Of a stretch of 64,000 bases of DNA, positions 46,834 through 55,300 are shown in pieces. The first letter of the stretch is position 1. Every line of letters starts with the position of its first letter. A program made the position numbers and the translations under genes. The DNA comes from Pseudomonadota bacterium (lineage in GTDB: Bacteria; Bdellovibrionota_C; UBA2361; OMII01), in the NCBI GenBank assembly GCA_046300175.1, contig JBKCMS010000067.1, forward strand, positions 5,417 to 69,416. The letters run 5' to 3'. The notes beneath the pieces are model-generated. The model was not told the DNA's origin. It made no database searches and saw nothing but the letters and a program-made list of their open reading frames with translations.

Positions 46834-49761
46834 TCAATTCCCGGCAAAAAGCATGCGAAAGGTTTTCAAGTGCCCTAAAGCCAGCTTGAGCTGCGTTTTC
46901 TTTTCCTTATTACCGCGTGCCCCTATAAAGCTGTCCTTGAGGCCTTGAATAGCGGCATAGCAGGCCCTTTTCGTCTCGTCCGACAAATTCACTGATGGAA
47001 AACTAGCAACGAAATCATCCTCGGCGTTCGCTTCGTTAAATGCCGTTGCAATAAGCGGAGCATGCCGTTTTACCATTCGTAGTTCAGATATCCGCAGAGC
47101 TATATCGAATAGGGTAATTGCCCAATTTTTCTCGTTAGCAGATAGAAGCTCCAGATTTGCTAACGTGCTTAGATGCTCCCGAGCCTTGAGAAGAGATTCG
47201 GCGTCAGGAAGGTGGTTCTCGATCAGCTGCGACACAGCTATTGCCAGCGCCTCTGTGGTCTCCCAGGAGGTTGGCTGAGAGCTAGTTTGGCCCGGCTTAG
47301 CAAGTTGATTGATCAGGTCAAGCTCGGCTTTAGCTACTGTTTTTATCTGCTCGCAAAGCTCGTGCAAGCGCTCAACTTGCGCGAGTCTATCAAGAATTCG
47401 GCTCGACAGTGGTAGGAAGTGAGAGATATTCCTTTCTTTGCCCAAAAAGGTGCGTTTATCGGGTGATTGCCCCCCGTATTTCCCAATCTCTAAATCAAGT
47501 AAATTCTTCGCCAAATTTGTGGGACTATCTTCGCATAACTCGCTTAGTCTTCGACCGAGAACCGAGACGCAATGTTCTAACAGAATTTGCTGCTGTTGAA
47601 ATCCGTCTTTATTTGGACCACCGGAGCTTGAATAGCCTAGTGCCGCAATCCAGCGGGCTAGGAAATTACCTAATAGTCTAGGCGCGATTCCATTAAGATA
47701 GTCATCGGCATCCTTTGCATCGCCGCTGTTGCAGAACGATTCCCCAGCGCTGAGGTAGGTGATACCGGCTATTGATTGCGCATCGTTTCCCCGGATTATT
47801 ATGTCACGCAGCGGAAGCTGGGATACTTGGGCGACTAGCCCCACAGCCATCAGGTCTCCTAACATCGGCATGATAGTGTCCAGGAGGCCGACCCTTCTCT
47901 GATCAAAATGAGCTAGATCAGAGCGCTGACCGTTGACGAACCTCCGAATACGATAATTCCCGTGATATAAATGCCGGCCGGCATCAGAGCTACCTACCTC
48001 GGGGATCGATACATATTCGTAGGGAGGTGCTAACTTAACCTGTGTTTCATTGAGTAAAGCCAGGAGAGAATCAAATAATCGGTGCTGACTATCCTTAAAT
48101 TTTGCGGCCCATTCAAAAATTTCTGAGCCAGTGATGGCCCCCAAGGCATATCGAACAGCTATCGTGTCGCGTTCCTGCCATCTGCTCGGCGCAAAGACAT
48201 TGTCCTCGATAACTATCCTCGTTGGCGCCTCTCCGACCTTGCCGAATTCAACAATAAAGCTTTCAGCAGACAGGTCCCCGAAGCGCCGAACGAATTTTGC
48301 AGGATGCTTCTCAAATGTAAGGGGTCTTTGGGGTCGGTATACACAGATAAAATCGGCCTGAGCTATTTCAGAGCTATCGGATACTTTAGCGATTTGTTGC
48401 TGACCATCGTTGCTCAATAACCAGTGACCGATATCGTGCAACTTGGAGTCCTTGGTTGTAAGGACAAACTCACGCGCCCCTTCTGCGTTCACACGAAAAT
48501 AGCCGAATTCCTCGGCCCGCAAAGGAGTCGAAAAATCCTGCCCTAAGTTTAGTCCGTCTGAGATACCAGCGAGCAATTTACTTGTTACTTCAACAAATCT
48601 GCGTGAATCTAAATTGATCCCGTGAAAATCCGGATGGCAATTACGGCGGTACTTATTGACTACTTCACTAAGGCTTTTTCTAAACAAAGAGTCATCAGAG
48701 TAATCTTTAAAAGATGTGTAAAGTTGTCTAAGGTCATTGGCGAAAGCTGTAAGCACCTCTTCTTTGTTAACTATGTGGTCGCTTCCCGGCTCAACAAGTA
48801 AAACCTGTACCTCTCGACTCCCCATTTTATTGCGATTTTCAAATAGAGAGCATAGGACCTCAAGCGTATTGATTGGTAATTTTTCAATGTCGTTAAGAAG
48901 AAAGTATCTGATACCAGTATATAAGTTGTAGATACACTGAGCACCAGTGCTAGTGTTAAATATCGATTGCCGGACTACTTCGGAGATGGATTGATTGGGC
49001 TCATCAACTAGGTGTAAGCGATTTATTAGTTTGACAGTAAATCTTTTAGAATTATCATCAGCTAAAAGTATGACGCGACCACCTTTTTGCCGAGCCCGGG
49101 TTTCAGCAATATCGATCGCTTGTTCGTATTGGGAAGCTAGTTTGAGAAACTCTTCCCTTGACAAATCTGCCCCAGGTGGCTCTATTCGTAAGAGGTAGTT
49201 GTTTCCATCTAACCATGCTGAAACCGAGAAGATCTTGTCTATATCAGTTTCATAACAATGCATTGCATCGCGGTGTTGTCTAAAGCTCGAGTGCACATGA
49301 GAGTGCGTTGTATGAGTTGTTGAGCTTTTGCCCGCAGCTATCGTAGCGAGGCTTGGATAGATCATAGCGGGGGGCGGATTGATGATTGCGAACTGCAGTT
49401 TCGGGTTAGATTTTAGCGGCCAGGGCCAATTGGGGTTTTGATCAAAGACTATCTCAAGAGTGGTGCGTTCAGGACCAATGCTGGCAGATTGGGGAAGCTT
49501 GGCCACGGCGAGACAAAGCGGCGAGACGCATTTTTTGTTATCATCAGTAAATAGTCTAGCGCCCATCTTTCGGGGTATCCTCGGGACGTCATTACGGATC
49601 GTATCTTGTATCCGGGCAGTAGTTTCATGGGGGGCAAAAAGGTTCGCGGGAGTGCTAGGTTTGCTGCTGCCAAGAGAGCAGCCTCTACCAGAGCCGAAAA
49701 CAACGCGGCCCTCAAGCAGATAGAGCCTAACGGCAGCGCTGGCACCTTTCTGACCTTGCAT
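46834..49761 (-). CDS. large orphan protein (975 aa) containing a degenerate sigma54-activator-like AAA+ core
   Basis: Long uninterrupted ORF. By eye, residues ~225-350 align to the bEBP AAA+ core:
- RVILLADDNSKRFTVKLINRLH versus VLI.GESGTGKE..A.AIH
- YFLLNDIEKLPINTLEVLCSLFE versus LFLDEIGELP...Q.KLLRVLQE
- VQVLLVEP versus VRVIAATN
- FANDLRQLY versus FREDLYYRL
The first ~130 codons may be non-coding, so the start is uncertain. Confidence 0.55.
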   Translation of the reverse strand: MQGQKGASAAVRLYLLEGRVVFGSGRGCSLGSSKPSTPANLFAPHETTARIQDTIRNDVPRIPRKMGARLFTDDNKKCVSPLCLAVAKLPQSASIGPERTTLEIVFDQNPNWPWPLKSNPKLQFAIINPPPAMIYPSLATIAAGKSSTTHTTHSHVHSSFRQHRDAMHCYETDIDKIFSVSAWLDGNNYLLRIEPPGADLSREEFLKLASQYEQAIDIAETRARQKGGRVILLADDNSKRFTVKLINRLHLVDEPNQSISEVVRQSIFNTSTGAQCIYNLYTGIRYFLLNDIEKLPINTLEVLCSLFENRNKMGSREVQVLLVEPGSDHIVNKEEVLTAFANDLRQLYTSFKDYSDDSLFRKSLSEVVNKYRRNCHPDFHGINLDSRRFVEVTSKLLAGISDGLNLGQDFSTPLRAEEFGYFRVNAEGAREFVLTTKDSKLHDIGHWLLSNDGQQQIAKVSDSSEIAQADFICVYRPQRPLTFEKHPAKFVRRFGDLSAESFIVEFGKVGEAPTRIVIEDNVFAPSRWQERDTIAVRYALGAITGSEIFEWAAKFKDSQHRLFDSLLALLNETQVKLAPPYEYVSIPEVGSSDAGRHLYHGNYRIRRFVNGQRSDLAHFDQRRVGLLDTIMPMLGDLMAVGLVAQVSQLPLRDIIIRGNDAQSIAGITYLSAGESFCNSGDAKDADDYLNGIAPRLLGNFLARWIAALGYSSSGGPNKDGFQQQQILLEHCVSVLGRRLSELCEDSPTNLAKNLLDLEIGKYGGQSPDKRTFLGKERNISHFLPLSSRILDRLAQVERLHELCEQIKTVAKAELDLINQLAKPGQTSSQPTSWETTEALAIAVSQLIENHLPDAESLLKAREHLSTLANLELLSANEKNWAITLFDIALRISELRMVKRHAPLIATAFNEANAEDDFVASFPSVNLSDETKRACYAAIQGLKDSFIGARGNKEKKTQLKLALGHLKTFRMLFAGN

Positions 49762-50019
49762 AGTAGTTTACACCCGCCCCGAGGCTAAACAACTAAATCA
49801 GGTAAGAAAAATAGGGCTGTTTGTTTTAATTAGCAACAATGGCAATCCAAAAAGTCACTTCAGTGAACGACCCCATTTGCAGACCTAAAAATAGCCTAGC
49901 TGCACGAAATCACTACGGCTTTTTGAAATTACGGGCCCCATACTTACAGCGGCTGCTGTTTCAGGCCTCCATGCCGGGCTGCCTTTTCTCAAAACGAATC
50001 AGGCTCGGGTCACCTCGCC

Positions 50020-52308
50020 TCAGCGCACCCAAAACTCAACTTCTTTCGTTAATATGGAAGATGGCGCCCCGACCGGTAGCACGCGAGCACTGACTGTATG
50101 CCGGCCTCGGCTAAGAGGCCATAGGTACCTGGTATCAACTGTAGATCCAGATTTCTGCACGGGTATCCCGTCCACGATCCACTGAATTTCACTTAGCGGT
50201 TGATGGGCGGCTAACTCAAATGCAAAAGCTTCCTTGGAATCAGGTACGCGCGGGTCCATCGCTAGACGTAGTCCCGGAGTCGGCATGGTTATGCGCGGAG
50301 CTGAAATGTCACTAGCGGGGCGGGGAGAATCAGTATTGAGATGATTATCATGAGATATCTCAGTAATAATGTGAGCTGCTTCGTTCTGATTGAAGAGATG
50401 GCGTTGAGTACAGTGTTCTTTAGGAGCAGAGCCGGGTACAAATAGCTCAACTTTAGCTGGGCATAATGTGTTTGCAATTGCACCGGACGATGCGCACACT
50501 GTCTTACGAGTTAATCGTGGGCTGAGATATAAATCTCGTGTTTCACGGCGCTGCTCCAGTAGTGCAAATACTGAGCGCAGCACCAAGGCGGGACCACGAG
50601 CACCGCTGATTGAAGACATCGATGAGCGGTCAAGGTTTCCCATCCAGACACCTACCGTGAAGTTATCCGAGTAGCCGATTGCCCAGGCATCTCGATAGTC
50701 AGATGACGTGCCGGTCTTGATGGCGGTCTGCACTGGAAATCGTAAAAGTCCGTCGCTGCCAAATTCAAGCCGTCTAGCGTAGGGATCTGAGAGGATATTG
50801 CTGATGATGCTAGCTGTTTCATTATCAAATATTCGCTTCTGCTGGAGAGAAGATTGTTCAAAATGACTATAAGTAACTATGAGCGGATGATGCTCCCCGC
50901 GCTTGGCTAACATGAGGTACCCGCGTACCAATTCCAAAAGGGTAACCTCACCGTTGCCAAGGGCTAATCCCTCTCCATAGAAATCAGCTGGTTGCGTTAA
51001 TGATGAAAATCCAGCGGAGCGAAGTAGGGTGAGAAACTCATCGATCCCAGTGAAATGAATCGCTCGTATTGCCGGTATGTTTAAAGAGTTTCCGAGCGCA
51101 TCTCTGAGAGACACCGGCCCATAGTGCACCCTACTGTAGTTTCTGTAAGAGTGGAGTCCAGCTCCTACGGCCTCTGCTAAAGGGGAATCGAGCAGAGTTG
51201 TTGCCGCGCTCCAACCCCGAGACAGAGCCAGTCCGTAAAGAAAAGGTTTCAGGGTCGAGCCTGGTTGCCGAGGGGTGATTACCGCATCGATCTGGCTCTC
51301 AGGGGTATTGCTGAAGGACCCGGCGGCGTTAACCCAGGCCAGAACCTCTGCAGTAGCATTGTCCACTACCAGGACCGCACCATTGCGCACCTGCTGATAT
51401 GCTAGATCCTTAAGCCGACCCTCTAGTATCTGTTGAACCGCCGCCTGAAGGGTTGAGTCTAGTGTGGAATGAATAGTCGAGACGTGTTTGTCACTATTGG
51501 GTAGTCCCTGAAGGTAGCGCACAAAGTGATCCGCACGCACAGGTATAGTTTCGCTCTGTATATCCGTGTGCTCGCTGGCGATCTGCTCTAGGCTTGCGGC
51601 CGGTAGTGCACCAATTGATACTAGCCGCGCTGCTAGGGTCGTTATTCGACCTTGCATACTTTGAGGTTTGCGATGGAGACTTAGCTTTTCGGGAGCACGC
51701 AGCATAACTGCGAGTGCTAACTGTTCCCTCTCGGTAAGAGTGTCCAGATCGCGATCCCAAAAATAGCGGGAAGCTTGAGCAACGCCGCGTCGATTTCCTG
51801 CAAACGGAACCTGATTCAGATAAAATTCAAATATCTCAGCCTTGGAGAATCGTTTTTCAAGCTGTTGCGCCTCGATTCCCTCAATCACCCGGGTCCATAC
51901 TGTTCGAGGTCGTGGATGCATCATCCTAACAACCTGTTCTGATATGGTGCTCGCCCCACGAACTATTCTCCCGGCGCGAGCATTTTGCCAGATGGCGTGG
52001 GCGCGTGCGCGCCAATCAACCCCTGAATGCTCGAAAAAGCGCCGATCTTCAGCCTCTAGGCAGGCTCTCTGCAAGGTTGCAGGGATGCGGTGGAGCGGGG
52101 TATGGATTGTTGTGTTCCAGCCCGAGCTGAAAGTAAACGATAGAGGGGCGCCAAGTCGATCGAGAATTTGTCGCTTACCTGAAAGTGCTCCCTGAGGGCT
52201 GAGCGTCTCTGGTATAGGCCTGAGCGCCAGCGCCAGAAGAGATGATGCCACAACCAGTGCGCCGGCGCAGGCGGTAACCAGCAGAGTGATGTATCTGCCC
52301 TTCATCAC
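50020..52308 (-). CDS. pbpC: penicillin-binding protein 1C (bifunctional GT51/transpeptidase)
   Basis: GT51 motif EDRRFFEHSGVD; transpeptidase motifs PGSTLKPF, GNSLNIP and IKTGTSSD; C-terminal PBP1C-type beta domain. Lies immediately downstream of the A2M gene. Confidence 0.9.
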   Translation of the reverse strand: MMKGRYITLLVTACAGALVVASSLLALALRPIPETLSPQGALSGKRQILDRLGAPLSFTFSSGWNTTIHTPLHRIPATLQRACLEAEDRRFFEHSGVDWRARAHAIWQNARAGRIVRGASTISEQVVRMMHPRPRTVWTRVIEGIEAQQLEKRFSKAEIFEFYLNQVPFAGNRRGVAQASRYFWDRDLDTLTEREQLALAVMLRAPEKLSLHRKPQSMQGRITTLAARLVSIGALPAASLEQIASEHTDIQSETIPVRADHFVRYLQGLPNSDKHVSTIHSTLDSTLQAAVQQILEGRLKDLAYQQVRNGAVLVVDNATAEVLAWVNAAGSFSNTPESQIDAVITPRQPGSTLKPFLYGLALSRGWSAATTLLDSPLAEAVGAGLHSYRNYSRVHYGPVSLRDALGNSLNIPAIRAIHFTGIDEFLTLLRSAGFSSLTQPADFYGEGLALGNGEVTLLELVRGYLMLAKRGEHHPLIVTYSHFEQSSLQQKRIFDNETASIISNILSDPYARRLEFGSDGLLRFPVQTAIKTGTSSDYRDAWAIGYSDNFTVGVWMGNLDRSSMSSISGARGPALVLRSVFALLEQRRETRDLYLSPRLTRKTVCASSGAIANTLCPAKVELFVPGSAPKEHCTQRHLFNQNEAAHIITEISHDNHLNTDSPRPASDISAPRITMPTPGLRLAMDPRVPDSKEAFAFELAAHQPLSEIQWIVDGIPVQKSGSTVDTRYLWPLSRGRHTVSARVLPVGAPSSILTKEVEFWVR

Positions 52309-52323
52309 GATAATCTTCTCCTG

Positions 52324-55300
52324 CTACTCCTCAACAACAAGGAGGCTACTACTTGATTCACCGAATATGCTGGGGTCATACATCGCTTCTGAATGTGCAG
52401 GTGGAACTGCGAAATTCCCCGGTGCTATCGCTTGTGCCACATACGAAAGATAATAGTCGCCAGGAGCCAGATACTCAGAGTAAAAGCGCGCCGAACTGTG
52501 CCGCAATTCCCGGTGATAGAATCCGCCTCTACCCTCCGCAAAATCGATCCAGCCAGTTTTAGTAAACCACAGCGACGAGACTGGACCGGCGAATCCGTCC
52601 TGTTCGGTGTCGACTGTAGACGATGTTGCTAGATCTCGATTGACAGGCTCCAGACCCCCAGGGATCGGATCATTAAGAACCACAAAGTAGCGCGGAGTGC
52701 TGACGCGAACAAAGATATTAATCGTGACAAGCTCACCTCGTTTTAGATTGATTGGACTATTTAATGCAGTCCAGTTGCCGTTTCTCTTCACGGCAAACTC
52801 ACGGATTATTTCCATGCCAGCGTTTATTGCACTGGCCTGCTGTTCTTTGGGTGCATAGGTGAGTCGAGTCGAGTAGTAAAAACGTCCGCTCCCTGATGGC
52901 TTTAAGGAAACAACGATAGAGTTTCCTGGATCTGTCGGTTCAAGAGGCCTACTTACTTCGACGGGCTCACTGGACGAGGGAATAATCGCAAGGTTAGCGA
53001 GACTCTTTGATCCCACTGCGACATCAACGTTGATTCCAGCGTTCCTACCTTCAATGTTTTTGGCATAGCTGGCAAGAGCGCGCACACAAAATAAATTTTC
53101 CTGGGTGTTGGTCCAGTGGCTCTTGCGCTTTCGGTCGATGACTAGGGCGCGTGCGAGCTTTTCAATCGTGTTGTTCACCAGCGAATTGTCCTCAGCTCCG
53201 GCGTTGGACTTAAAAGAGATGAGAGCATCCAGCGCAGCGCACTGCGAACGCATATCCGAGTCGAGAAGCCACGGAGAGGCATGGTACTGAGGATCCCTCA
53301 GCGCAAATTCGCCATTCGCCTCTACTCCAGACGCCAGGACGCGACGCACAGATTCCTGCCATGCACTTTTAGCGGACGGGCCAAGTGCAAGCGCTGCTTG
53401 TAAGTACAGGGAGCGCCCAAATAACCCCATTGTTGAAAGCTTCGGTGATATTCGATGCAAGTCGTTAATGTTAACGCGCGACTGAGCACCGCGCTTAGGT
53501 GTTTTAGCAAGGGCGGTAAGTGCTACAGCTCGTACAGTAGCCCGCATCTCATCGGGGGAATCATCAGCGATATTGTTGGGCCCGGGAGAAAGCGAGATCT
53601 CATTTCTCAATACGGTCTCAAGATAATGAGTGAGCTTACTGCGCGGAGCATCTGGAATCGAGTATCCCAGCTCTTCAAGCCAATTTAGCGCCAGCGCGGT
53701 GAACGCGCTTAGGTAAGGGCTCACATGCTCGTCTAAGGGTGAATAAAAAGCCATGCCGCCGTTAGGTGCCTGGTGTTTGGATATCACAGCTAGTGTCTGG
53801 GTAATCGTATCCTTTGCGCTTGGCCAAACAAAACTCTTGGGTAAAAATGGTCTCAATTCAAGCGCATACGCGGCCATTAGTGCTTTAGAGATCTTCTGTT
53901 CCCAACATTCATAGGGATAGTCGCGCATGTAGGCAAAGGCTCCATCTAGCCCCCCGAGAAGAGACGAGGAGATGACTGCTCCGATGCTACCTTGCTTGAG
54001 ATCGATATCTAACGGCACCTGTACAGGCTCGGTTACAGTAGCGCCGCTTGATGAGCCGATGCTCACCGCTGTCTGAGCTACGGTCCTAGGGAGGATCGGT
54101 AGCGAAACACCCAGAGAATCGCCGCCGATGCTATCGAATGCTTTCAACTGAATCTGCGCGGTTCCCTCCTGCACCGCGGTAGCTTTGATACTGACGGGAT
54201 AGCGCTTAAACGGCTCTGTCAGTAAGGATAGTTTTAGAGGTAAAGCCGTTACAGCATGGCCTTGGATAGTACTCTCAATATTAAGTGTGCGTGGTTTATC
54301 AGTTCGATTCATCACCGTAAAAATCGCGCTGAAAGAATCTCCACTGCGCACCTGATTGGGCATAGCCGAGCGCACCTCGGTATCCTTGTTGACCACGAAA
54401 CGAGTATCCCCAAGGCCCATCTTATCCTCAGGGGTGAGAGCCATAGCTAGCACCTTCCAGCCTGTGAGATTGTCAGGAGCTTGAAAAGAGAAAGAAGCTC
54501 TACCGTTTGGATCTGCACGTAGCGCAGGATTCCAGTAGCTGACATACTTTTTAACTGATCGCATATCGAGTTTGCTACCGCCATCACCACCTGGGCTTGC
54601 TCCCTTCTTCTCGAAGTGCTGCCTTCCAATTAGCATCTTTAGCAGATTGTAGTTTTTGATATCTAAGCCATCGAGTGAATAAAACCCTTTGTAGGGATCA
54701 AAATAGGTTCGCCCGGAAGAAATAAGGTCAAAGACTGATTCATCGATCACCGTGACGGCGAACTCCACTGGCGCGACCGGTTCAATGCCGGGAGTGACGG
54801 ATAGATCGACAGTGACAGTGTCGTTTGGTTTATAATCCTTTTTCTCAGTGCGGACGTTAACAACAAGCTGCTTAGCTGGATCGTCCACATCGATCTGGGC
54901 ATATCCGATCCGAAACGTAGGTTTACCGAGATCGACCTGACCATCGACAGGTTTGTCGACCCGAGGCGACATTACTGTTGCTGAAAAAAAGAAGCCTGGA
55001 ATATGGTCTGGTGTGATAGGCACCTCGAACACCGCAGCAGTATCCGTAAGGGTTTTATTCCAGAACTTTTGTACCCCATAACGTTCAACGGTAAGTAGAG
55101 CATGTCCAACCGGGAATGGGTTCTGGATCATAAATCGAGCGACTTCACCTACTCGATAGGTTGTTTTCTCTGGAATAATTTGCAGCTGGTTGCTCGTCTC
55201 GTTTTGCCAGACTACATTTCCAGGGCCAGTTGCCCAGCGTTCAATCGAACTTGTGTGTTCTCTGCCTTGGATATCAACGATGCGTGCAGTAGCGCGGTAG

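Noticed and set aside
47941-47973. Fic-like motif HLYHGNYRIRR in the 975-aa orphan
   Set aside because: The Fic signature is HxFx(D/E)GNGRxxR. Here the acidic residue is missing, the spacing is one residue short, and the Gly after GN is Tyr. This is probably chance resemblance.
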